The notes under the pieces are model-generated. The model was not told where the DNA came from. It saw only the letters and a program-made list of their open reading frames with translations, and did not search any database. From assembly GCA_007571305.1 (NCBI GenBank), contig RKRR01000078.1, positions 19 to 64,018 of the forward strand: DNA of 64,000 nucleotides. Reading direction: 5' to 3'. Within the stretch, counting starts at the first letter, position 1; every line of letters starts with the position of its first letter. Shown piece by piece: positions 30,556 to 41,132 of the stretch. The translations under genes and the position numbers were made by a program. The stretch comes from Candidatus Poribacteria bacterium (GTDB lineage Bacteria; Poribacteria; WGA-4E; WGA-3G).

Positions 30556-31923
30556 TTGCGTAATATCATCCTCATCTCGTTAGATACGCTACGGGCATCA
30601 AGCATGAGTTGTTACGGACATCGCAACCTGACAACACCGCACCTCGATGCGCTCGCACAGAGGGCAACGCTTTTTGAGAAGTGTATCAGTCCGCATATTC
30701 CGACACATCCTGCCCATACCACGATGTTCACGGGCAAAGATGTCTTGTCGCACCAAATTATTACACAGGGCGGGACGCTTAACTTGGCAATGGATATAAA
30801 GACGGCTCCTGAGTTGCTGAGTGAGGCGGGTTATTTTACCGTTGCTGCGGACAATTTGGGACGTTGGTTTCAGCGCGGGTTCCCTGAGAAGCAATATCGT
30901 GGCTACCAATGGGAAACGGGTTACCGCAATGCTCGGAAGGCAGAGGCTGTTAATGAAACGGCTATCGAACTTCTGGACCTCGCGCGTGCACAGGATAAAC
31001 CTTGGTTCGCTTTTCTTCACTATTGGGATCCACATACGCCGTATTTGCCTCCGTTGCCGTTTGAACGGATGTTTTATAGCGGAGACGAATGTGATCCGAA
31101 CAACCACAGTATGGATGCCGTTTATGCATGCGAACCTTTCACGGATTATTTTCGGCAGTGGATGTGCACACCAGACGTATCAGATCCGGATAACATTGCG
31201 AAGAAGCGGCTCTGGACAGACAGGCGGTATGTGAACGCGCAATACGATGCCTCGATCGCTTATATGGACGCATGCCTGGCGCAGTTGTTCCGATATTTGG
31301 ACGATTGCGGACAATTGGAGGAGACGCTCCTGATCATTACTGCCGATCACGGCGAGGAACTTGATGAACACGAGCTCTGGTATGACCACCATGGGCTTTA
31401 TGAAACCAATTGCCACGTGCCACTAATCGTTCACTGCCCGGCACTCTTTCCTGAAGGACAGCGGCTTGACGGTCTCGTCCGTCTCACCGACATTGCCCCG
31501 ACAATCCTTGATTATGCGGGTTTAACCGAGGTGGCGGCGCGTGAAAAGATAGAGGGTACAAGTCTACGCGCTTTGATGGAAAACAACTCACACGACGGAA
31601 CGACAGAGGCAGTCTATCTCACTGAGTGCGGATGGATGAAGAAACGTGGATGGCAAACCCAGAAGTGGAAACTGATCGTTGAAACCGGTGGCACGCCTGT
31701 CGTCTACGGGACCCCGGATTTGGAACTCTACGATCTTGAAGAGGATCCCGATGAGGTTTATAATCTGGCTGAAGAAGCAGACGATATCGTTGCGCGTTTG
31801 AGAGCGGATATGGAGGCTTTTTTGCAACGCCGACTCGCCGAAACAGGCTTGCCAGATCCAACGACTGAACAGGATATTACCATGCGCCGCATCGGTGATA
31901 AATCTAAAGCAGTACCGCTTTAA
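30556..31923 (+). CDS. Sulfatase-like hydrolase (alkaline phosphatase superfamily)
   Basis: NIILISLDTLRA, PTHPAHTTMFTG, HYWDPHTPY, TADHGEE, ELYDL..DP.E..NL. Confidence 0.9.
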   Translation: MRNIILISLDTLRASSMSCYGHRNLTTPHLDALAQRATLFEKCISPHIPTHPAHTTMFTGKDVLSHQIITQGGTLNLAMDIKTAPELLSEAGYFTVAADNLGRWFQRGFPEKQYRGYQWETGYRNARKAEAVNETAIELLDLARAQDKPWFAFLHYWDPHTPYLPPLPFERMFYSGDECDPNNHSMDAVYACEPFTDYFRQWMCTPDVSDPDNIAKKRLWTDRRYVNAQYDASIAYMDACLAQLFRYLDDCGQLEETLLIITADHGEELDEHELWYDHHGLYETNCHVPLIVHCPALFPEGQRLDGLVRLTDIAPTILDYAGLTEVAAREKIEGTSLRALMENNSHDGTTEAVYLTECGWMKKRGWQTQKWKLIVETGGTPVVYGTPDLELYDLEEDPDEVYNLAEEADDIVARLRADMEAFLQRRLAETGLPDPTTEQDITMRRIGDKSKAVPL

Positions 31924-31934
31924 AGAGGAATACT

Positions 31935-32957
31935 GTGAAATATAGATGTGTTGTTTCTATTTTCAATAGCGTGATGCGAACGCGAGTCGTGCTTGGACCA
32001 CTTGTGCTGATGCTTATTTTTACCAGTTGTGCGGCATTAGAAGAAGCACAGCAAAGGCGCGAGAAACGGATACTCGAAGAACGAAATACTACTTTGTCCA
32101 TGCTCAAACGTTCGAATGCGGTGATTGAGATTAGACCGGACGCTCTATTCGGTGAGAGTGATCACTATACCCTCAAATTTGCTGACGATCTACGAGCCCG
32201 TGAAGAATTTGACGAAGTAGAGGAACGGAAGATATTCACCGAAAGTGCCCTCGGTTATATGGAAAGCCTTTACGATGCGATGAATCAACTTTTCGGTTTT
32301 CATCCGGAGCATAAGATTCATGTGACGCTGCATCACCTCTACAGAGGCACTAACCTCCAAGCAACTACGCGCACTGTCTATCGTTCAGGTATTCAGGGCG
32401 GACGATATGTGAAACTCATTAACGGTATTCAGATGGATTTTCCAATACGGATGTATGAAAAACGCGGGGTGCGCGTCCATGAGTTGACACATGCCTTTAC
32501 GAATATCTATTTTCTACCGGTATGGTTCTCGGAAGGCATTGCTGTCCTGCTTCAGACAGAATACGCGAAAGATGGCTCACATCCTAAGTTTGATAGCCTT
32601 GAAGAGGATATGCGAATCGATCTTGATGGCGTGAATCAATTGGAGAACTGGGGCGGACATACTGACAATGATCCGTTGACGCATTGGCGTTATAGATATG
32701 CATATACGCTTGTTGCTGAGTTGTGGGAGCGATACGGCAAAGATTTTTATATCAGGGTTTTTAGGTTGATGGAAGCGGACGGTCTCCATCAAAAACTGGT
32801 GGGGACGATGAAGACAAGTTTTGTGGTTTATTATTTGAGCGAAGTAGCAGGCGAGGATCTGGTACCGTTTTTTAGGAAACTGCACTTCAAAGTGCGTAAA
32901 TTGACAAAAGAGGACATTCTGAATCAGATTGAAGCGAATAGCGTGCGTCGGAGATGA
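31935..32957 (+). CDS. Putative lipoprotein zinc metallopeptidase (gluzincin)
   Basis: Lipobox-like FTSC; HELTH...WFSEGIA. Confidence 0.65.
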   Translation: MKYRCVVSIFNSVMRTRVVLGPLVLMLIFTSCAALEEAQQRREKRILEERNTTLSMLKRSNAVIEIRPDALFGESDHYTLKFADDLRAREEFDEVEERKIFTESALGYMESLYDAMNQLFGFHPEHKIHVTLHHLYRGTNLQATTRTVYRSGIQGGRYVKLINGIQMDFPIRMYEKRGVRVHELTHAFTNIYFLPVWFSEGIAVLLQTEYAKDGSHPKFDSLEEDMRIDLDGVNQLENWGGHTDNDPLTHWRYRYAYTLVAELWERYGKDFYIRVFRLMEADGLHQKLVGTMKTSFVVYYLSEVAGEDLVPFFRKLHFKVRKLTKEDILNQIEANSVRRR

Positions 32958-33562
32958 TAATGCGTATTAAATTCAAATCATGCAGAGGGCACACAGCCGT
33001 ATTATTGGGATTAATGTGCCTATACTATGGTTGCAACCTCGGGCAAAAGTGGAGCGAGAACTATGCACTCTTGCCCGGTGTAACTGCCAGTGATCCGGCA
33101 ATCATTGATGGAAAACCTGAGACCATTGGGCAATCCCAACGTAAAAAAGGGTCAGGAAATGTCGTAACCGACCTTGATATCCCATCGGAGGCGATTATTT
33201 ATTTGCCGGAAAAGAAATCGGTTTATCGGATTGTGATTCACTCCACGAATTTGGAAGAGTTTGAATTGATGGCGTACAACTCACGTGGGGAATGGGACAA
33301 AATCTATGATCAGCGGAGTAACAAAGATCCGATCATCGATGTCCGCCTCAACAAAGTGGTCACGACAACGGGCATCAAACTGATCGTGCATCGGACGACA
33401 GAGGATGCCGCTCGGAGACGGGAGAATGTCCAAATACGACGCGAAAATGTGGAAATCAAAGAGGGGCAGGTGCGGCGTGGACGTTACGGTTATTATGTAA
33501 CAGGACCGACAACGGCACTCGCGAAGATTGCAGAGATTGAACTGTACGGTTACACGAATTAG
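32954..33562 (+). CDS. Hypothetical lipoprotein (possible discoidin-like fold)
   Basis: YGC lipobox-like site; AIIDG..., C-terminal IAEIELYG. Confidence 0.55.
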   Translation: MIMRIKFKSCRGHTAVLLGLMCLYYGCNLGQKWSENYALLPGVTASDPAIIDGKPETIGQSQRKKGSGNVVTDLDIPSEAIIYLPEKKSVYRIVIHSTNLEEFELMAYNSRGEWDKIYDQRSNKDPIIDVRLNKVVTTTGIKLIVHRTTEDAARRRENVQIRRENVEIKEGQVRRGRYGYYVTGPTTALAKIAEIELYGYTN

Positions 33563-33621
33563 CCATCGGCAGTTGGAAACCGTCCTACAAACACCTAACC
33601 TACACTGGTACTTTGGGCTTC

Positions 33622-34755
33622 ATGCAGTCTACTCGGCTTCAACAGCATTTAGACCGATATCTTGGCATCCCGCTTTGTGTTCTGCTGCATTTATTCTCTA
33701 AGCCGGCACCGACAACACCAATCCCGAAAAAGATTCTTTTCATCCAACTCTCCGCTTTAGGGGACACGATTTTGGCGATCCCCACCGTCCGGGCAATCCG
33801 ACATGCCTTCCCTAATGCCGAAATTGCGATGTTGGCATCACCGACGAACCTAAATTATCTATCGGAGTGTCCTTATATTGACAGACGTATCCCATTCCAT
33901 AAACCGGGAGGTCGGTTGATTTCGCTGCTGCGTCGCGAAGGGTTTGACTGGGCAATCGACTTAGAGCATTGGCCCCGATTGAGCGCGCTACTCGCTTACG
34001 CGACGGGTGCCCCGATGCGAATCGGGTTTTCGACGACCGGACAGTACCGGCATTTCCTTTTTACGGAAACGGTGTCTCACATCCAAGGACAGCATGAGGT
34101 TCGCAACTTCTTGAATCTTGCGGCGCAGCTGAACTGCTCAGTCCAAGAACTTGGGCTTGAGGTTTGGTGGTGTCAAAAGGAACGTGCGTGGGTGCGCGAA
34201 GTTTTGGCAGAAGAGGGTATCTCGTTGGAAAAGCCGATTGTTGTGCTACATCCAGAAGCAGGTAGACGTGGCGAGCCACGCAGACGATGGTCACAGGGAC
34301 GCTATGTCGCGTTGGCGAATGCACTCGTTGCGAGATATGACGCACAGATTGTTTTGACAGGCGCGCCTGATGAAGTGGTAGTCTCTGAAGAGATCGCCGA
34401 GCGGACGAAGGATCGAGCAGTCGTATTTGCTGGACGGACAGATGTCAACCAACTCGCGGCACTTTTTGCGGATGCGACGCTGGTAGTGAGTGGCAATTGT
34501 GGTCCGATGCACCTCGCTGCAGCAACCGGAACGCCGGTTATCGGGTTGCACGGTCCCACAAATTTCGCGCAATGGGGGCCTTGGAGCCGTAATGCCAGCG
34601 TTGTGCATGCCCGGGTACCGTGTAGTCCGTGTCTTAATTTGGGATTTGAGTATGGGTGTCAAGAACTCCCTGATGGGACATCGCCGTGTATGCACACAGT
34701 TGCGGTTGCGGCCGTGCTTCGGGAGTGCGAACGGTTGTTAGGGGATAGTTGTTAG
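33622..34755 (+). CDS. Glycosyltransferase family 9 (heptosyltransferase-like)
   Basis: LSALGDTIL, RRW, SGNCGPMHLAAA.GTPVIGLHGPT, C.PC. Confidence 0.9.
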   Translation: MQSTRLQQHLDRYLGIPLCVLLHLFSKPAPTTPIPKKILFIQLSALGDTILAIPTVRAIRHAFPNAEIAMLASPTNLNYLSECPYIDRRIPFHKPGGRLISLLRREGFDWAIDLEHWPRLSALLAYATGAPMRIGFSTTGQYRHFLFTETVSHIQGQHEVRNFLNLAAQLNCSVQELGLEVWWCQKERAWVREVLAEEGISLEKPIVVLHPEAGRRGEPRRRWSQGRYVALANALVARYDAQIVLTGAPDEVVVSEEIAERTKDRAVVFAGRTDVNQLAALFADATLVVSGNCGPMHLAAATGTPVIGLHGPTNFAQWGPWSRNASVVHARVPCSPCLNLGFEYGCQELPDGTSPCMHTVAVAAVLRECERLLGDSC

Positions 34756-34805
34756 TAATAGACCACAAACGAACAGTTTGTGGTACAGGTTTAAGAATCT
34801 CGATA

Positions 34806-34838
34806 ATAAAAAAGGCGAGGTACGGAAACCTCGCCTTT
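34806..34838 (-). terminator. Rho-independent terminator of groESL
   Basis: AAAGGCGAGGT-loop-ACCTCGCCTTTTTT on the minus strand. Confidence 0.8.
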
Positions 34839-34853
34839 CGTGGTATTCAGGGT

Positions 34854-36790
<1,937 letters not shown>

Positions 36791-36882
36791 GTCGCTGAAT
36801 TCCTCCTTGAGTATGGCGTGAAAATTGTGAGTCGCGAGGAAAACTCGCTCCTACAACCTGAATTTATCTAATCCTATAGAGA

Positions 36883-36899
36883 AGCAATTTTCGTGCCAA
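36883..36899 (-). promoter_or_regulatory. Sigma-54 (-24/-12) promoter of groESL
   Basis: TTGGCACGAAAATTGCT matches the TGGCAC-N5-TTGC consensus. Confidence 0.8.
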
Positions 36900-36940
36900 T
36901 CCCTAAAACTGCCATATTATCAAGGTTACACAGAAGGATG

Positions 36941-37019
36941 TGCCATTTTGGCAGAGTTTCGGAAGCGACAATTTGTCGCATATAAAAATAGATTGGGATA
37001 CTACTATGCCATTTTGGCA
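36941..37019. promoter_or_regulatory. Putative enhancer-binding-protein sites
   Basis: TGCCATTTTGGCA at 36941 and 37007; GCGACAATTTGTCGC at 36965. Confidence 0.6.
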
Positions 37020-37136
37020 CATATTGGCTATCGGTAATATGAGTTACGTAAATGTCGCCCTGCTGGGGTTATCTTTTCGTTAGATATAAGGCACCTACAA
37101 ACTTTTTGATTCTCGACAACTGAAAACTGATGACTG

Positions 37137-38126
37137 CTACTGTGTCGGTTGACACGGAACTAACTGTCCGGTTTCGCCTGAGCGATATGCGGCAGCAAGA
37201 ATCTCGTTTGCTCTTAATCCATCGTTTCCCGTCGTGATAGGTGCTACCCCTTCGTGTACACACGCGGCGAAATGCTCAAATTGATATTGATAGAGGTCCT
37301 CGTATTGTGAAGAGACTAATTGCTGTTTGCCCTCAAAATAGGTTTTGATCTTCCAACCGTCGTCGTTGTAGACCCATACCGTGCCCTCTGTGCCATAGAG
37401 TTCTAAAACAATATCGCATTGCGGGACCGAAAAACTGAGGTCAGTGAAAGCTTGGGCACCGTTATCAAAACGCATGAAGATGCCACCAGTTTCTTCGACA
37501 GCGGTGTCTTGGGTTGTGGTGTTGTAAAACGCGCTGACAGCGTTCACCTCGCCGATGAGATAGCGGAGCAGATCTACACTATGCGGACCGAGGTCCATGA
37601 AGCATCCACCTCCACCCTTTTCCGGTTGTGCGCGCCATTCATCTGGCGTGAGTTGGTACTGTTTCAGAAATGGCATACGTCCATGGACTATCATTCCGAA
37701 ACGTCCTTTTTCTACCCAAGCCCGGATCTGTTGGAAACAGGAGTGAAATCGGAAGAGGAAACAGACTTGCAGGTGTACCCGGTTCGTTTCACAAGCGTCG
37801 ATCATTTCCGTACATTCTTGTGGTGTGAGTGCCATCGGTTTATCGCAGAGCACGTGTAAGCCGCGTTCCGCGGCGGCGATTACTTGATCGTAGTGTAAGT
37901 GAACCGGTGTTGAGACGTAGATTGCATCGAGTGCATCGTCTGCAAGGAGTGCCTCGACGGTGGTATAGGCATTGGTTACGCCGTGTTCCTGTGCCAATTG
38001 TTCTGCCCGCGTAGCGTCGCGTGAAAGCAAGGCGTGAAGTTCGGCACCATCCGCCTTTTTAATGGCTGGCATTGCTCTACGTTGTGCGACGCTGCCTGCG
38101 CCTAACACACCCCATTTTAAGCTCAT
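37137..38126 (-). CDS. Gfo/Idh/MocA oxidoreductase
   Basis: GVLGAGSVA, STP..LH, HVLCDKPMA, GGG..MDLGPH. Confidence 0.92.
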   Translation of the reverse strand: MSLKWGVLGAGSVAQRRAMPAIKKADGAELHALLSRDATRAEQLAQEHGVTNAYTTVEALLADDALDAIYVSTPVHLHYDQVIAAAERGLHVLCDKPMALTPQECTEMIDACETNRVHLQVCFLFRFHSCFQQIRAWVEKGRFGMIVHGRMPFLKQYQLTPDEWRAQPEKGGGGCFMDLGPHSVDLLRYLIGEVNAVSAFYNTTTQDTAVEETGGIFMRFDNGAQAFTDLSFSVPQCDIVLELYGTEGTVWVYNDDGWKIKTYFEGKQQLVSSQYEDLYQYQFEHFAACVHEGVAPITTGNDGLRANEILAAAYRSGETGQLVPCQPTQ

Positions 38127-38532
38127 CGTTTTTGGACCTCATCTGCTTTGTTGTTCAGAAGACAGGGAGATTGCTAAAGGAAAACCTCTAAGCAAAACAC
38201 CTCACCCAGCAATGGGCAGTCAGTCTTATTGTTTGTAGACCTCGTTTGTTTCGTTGCTCTGTATATTATAGGGGACTTTAGGATATATCTCAATATTTTT
38301 GTATATGGCTGTTAGCAGTTGGCTATCAGAATTTTAAACGTTAGTCATTAGTTCTCTGTCAGCAAAAGTAGGTGGGGCGACATCTCTATAGGGCAACGGC
38401 GTTAAATTTGTTGGGTTTTGCTGTATGTTTTTCCAAGAAACGTGTATTGTGGAGTTGAAATTTCGGGAGTAGCAAGAGGAACCAAGGATTCACCACTCAA
38501 CCCAACCTACGGGGGGACCTGATTGCTGGTGG

Positions 38533-39291
38533 CTAATTGCTCAACAAGAGATGCACACCGGTCGCGAATAGGAAGAAGAGGACGATTCTTGAAAAGAGGA
38601 GTTCCGGCACGCGGTTGTTGAGCGAGATACCTGTTAGCACGCCCAATCCAATGAACGGGAGAAGCGCGAATGCTTCAATCAGAATCTCGAAAGAAAAAAG
38701 TTGTAACTGGAAATAGAATGGAATTTTGATGAAGTTGAGTAGGAAATACGTGGCGGTTGTGGTTGCGACGAAGGCATTATTCCCCAAGCGTTGTGGGAGT
38801 AGGTACGCGACGACGACGAGTCCACCCATGTGTGCGAGGGTTGAGAACGCGCCAGCGAATATTCCGGCAAGGAGCCCCTGCCATGTTTTGAATTGGAGTG
38901 CTGTTTGAACGGGTTGTTCAGAATTTCCGAGAAGTGGTTGCCAATACGGACGCAGGAATTCTAATATCGCAAATAAACTGGCGATGCCACCGATAGCCCT
39001 TTTCAGATGGACATCAGAGAGGTCCTTCAAAATTAGGCTTGCTAAGGTGATGCCGAGCAGGGAACCGAGGATCAGTCGTGTGACACTTTGTCTATGCCAC
39101 CGCTTCCAGTAATGGCAGAGCGAGAAGATGTCTGTTGAAAACAGGAGTGGGAGCATCAACCCGATGACGTTTCGAGCACTACGGAAATGCGTGAACATGG
39201 GGACGACGATCATCCCGATGCCGCCGCCGAAGCCGGCTTTGCTCACACCGGTAAGCCATGCCCCGAAGCAGAGGATGATGATTTCGTAGAT
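38533..39291 (-). CDS. TauE/SafE family sulfite exporter, probable ATC start
   Basis: TGVSKAGFGGG, LMLPLL...D, AG.FSTLAH.GG, N.IKIPFY; first TM helix extends back to an ATC 7 nt after AAGGAGG. Confidence 0.85.
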   Translation of the reverse strand: MYEIIILCFGAWLTGVSKAGFGGGIGMIVVPMFTHFRSARNVIGLMLPLLFSTDIFSLCHYWKRWHRQSVTRLILGSLLGITLASLILKDLSDVHLKRAIGGIASLFAILEFLRPYWQPLLGNSEQPVQTALQFKTWQGLLAGIFAGAFSTLAHMGGLVVVAYLLPQRLGNNAFVATTTATYFLLNFIKIPFYFQLQLFSFEILIEAFALLPFIGLGVLTGISLNNRVPELLFSRIVLFFLFATGVHLLLSN

Positions 39292-39317
39292 GGTGCTGCC
39301 TCCTTTTTGGTGAGGTA

Positions 39318-39346
39318 AGTATAGCAGGTGGTTGGTAAATTGTCAA
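39318..39346 (-). promoter_or_regulatory. Sigma-70 promoter (tauE-like gene)
   Basis: TTGACA-17 nt-TATACT. Confidence 0.7.
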
Positions 39347-39465
39347 GAATATATCCGCGATCAGCCATCAGCAGTCAATAAAGGAGGCAGATCGATGAAG
39401 GGAAAACCGTTACTACCAGAAATGCTTACTGACGACTGAAAGTCTATAGCCAATAGAAGAAATAT

Positions 39466-39494
39466 TTGACATTCGGCGTGAGATGTGATATAAT
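39466..39494 (+). promoter_or_regulatory. Consensus sigma-70 promoter (rpsU)
   Basis: TTGACA-17 nt-TATAAT with extended TG. Confidence 0.8.
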
Positions 39495-39540
39495 TTGCAA
39501 GGTGCTTTTGTAATTCTAAATTCTAATGGAGGGCAAAAAA

Positions 39541-39783
39541 ATGGTTCAAGTAGAAGTGAGTGTCAATTCAGGCGAGGCGTTTGATCGCGCCCTGGCACGT
39601 TTTAAGAAGATGTGTGGAAAAGCTGGTATCGTCACAGAAATTAAAAAACGGAGTTTTTACGAGAAACCGAGTGAGAAGCGTCGTAGAATTGAGATGAAAC
39701 GGCAGCGGAAGGTGAAACCGCGCAGAATGGGGGGCGAGCGTCCACAGTTCTACAACAGCGGTGGTAGTGGTAGTACTCGATAA
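39541..39783 (+). CDS. rpsU: 30S ribosomal protein S21
   Basis: [30 protein letters not shown]. Confidence 0.95.
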   Translation: MVQVEVSVNSGEAFDRALARFKKMCGKAGIVTEIKKRSFYEKPSEKRRRIEMKRQRKVKPRRMGGERPQFYNSGGSGSTR

Positions 39784-39802
39784 ATAGTTTTAGGAGGGAT
39801 GC

Positions 39803-40321
39803 ATGGCAGATTTGGCTACTGGCGAGGCTTTGGAGAATTATAAAGGACTTTTGATTCAATACTGCCAGGAACGTGGGTTGCGCCAACCGACTTATGCTGA
39901 AACGCAGCACGGCCCGGCGGATTCTCCACAATGGCAAGTGACAGTGTCTTATGGCGACTCGGTTCATGAAACACAGGAGCCGATTCCTGGTTCAAAGAAA
40001 TTTGCGCACCAAGTAGCCGCACAGCAGGTGTTAGACGTAATCAATTCGCGGCGCGAAAGTTTTTTAGCGGGTGATGCAGTTAATGCCGCCTCTACGCCGA
40101 TTTCGGAACCTGCTTCAGCTCCTTCTGTACTGCTTGAAGTTCCTATACCACTTGTATCAAGTGCCCTGACGATTGCCAATGAACGGTTGACCACATCGCA
40201 ACCTTCAAGGTATCGAACGCTTACAGATGCCGAATTTTCGAAAAAACTTTCCAAACTGACGTTAGAGATTGTCCGGAGTCTGCTTGAGAGGGCGGAGGAA
40301 GATAAGATCACGTTTCAGTAA
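39803..40321 (+). CDS. Standalone double-stranded RNA-binding motif protein
   Basis: NYKGLLIQYCQ...PTY....GP..SP.W.VTV...GSKK.A.Q.AA...L. Confidence 0.75.
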   Translation: MADLATGEALENYKGLLIQYCQERGLRQPTYAETQHGPADSPQWQVTVSYGDSVHETQEPIPGSKKFAHQVAAQQVLDVINSRRESFLAGDAVNAASTPISEPASAPSVLLEVPIPLVSSALTIANERLTTSQPSRYRTLTDAEFSKKLSKLTLEIVRSLLERAEEDKITFQ

Positions 40322-40325
40322 GTTA

Positions 40326-41083
40326 TAGTAAAGTTTAGCATTGAATGTCCATATTTATAAGAGTGTCTATGGATATATCAACATTGTATTCTCGCAGGCG
40401 TTTGATATTTGCGAAGTCGTGTGCAATCGGATGATAGTCAGGCGAATAAGGGGTAAGAACAATATCTCTGACCCTGTGGCTTGTATCAACTCTTGGGTCC
40501 GGAACGTTTTGTGGAGCCTCGCATTCTCTCAGACAACGACATCTGTCATGAGAAAGCCGCGAACAGAAGTAGGGTCAACCCAGGCATTGAAACACGCAGC
40601 ATCGCAGCCCCCTCAAACAGGCACGGCACCGTAAAAGTGGAACCGATGCGTGCAGCAACCAACGTCTTCTGAGTGCTTTTCTCTGAGATCATCCCCAAAG
40701 CAGGTTCGCCTTTCGAAGCGGACCCAGGATGCCTATAACTTTCGGCACGAAACCCATATTCATCGACGTAAATGATCGTTTTGCGTGCGGCGTGTTTCTC
40801 AGCACGTGCTTGACGATAGGTGGCACGTTGGGTATCGCACCGCTCTTTATATCCGAACCGCTCATCTGTTTCGGCTCCGGTTTTTGGGTCGAGAGCAGGT
40901 CTTGAGCCTCTAACCCTCTATAAATTGTTGAACGATCCACGGAAAAACGACGCGAGGTTTCGGATTTTTTACCCCCGGTTTGAATAAAATCTAAGATGCG
41001 TTTGCGCAAATCTGTTGAATAGGTCATAAGAAACATATTTTATCATAAACAGAAAAATGGCTCTTTAATTCTAAAGGTCACTA
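40326..41083 (-). mobile_element. Degenerate IS630-family element
   Basis: Remnant MTYSTDLRKRIL...RRFSVDRSTIYR; imperfect TIRs TAGTAAAGTTTAGCATTGAA / TAGTGACCTTTAGAATTAAA, each flanked by TA. Confidence 0.8.
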
Positions 41084-41132
41084 TAATACCTGTGGCGATA
41101 AAAAACAAAGGACTTACAACCGGAGGTGCATT

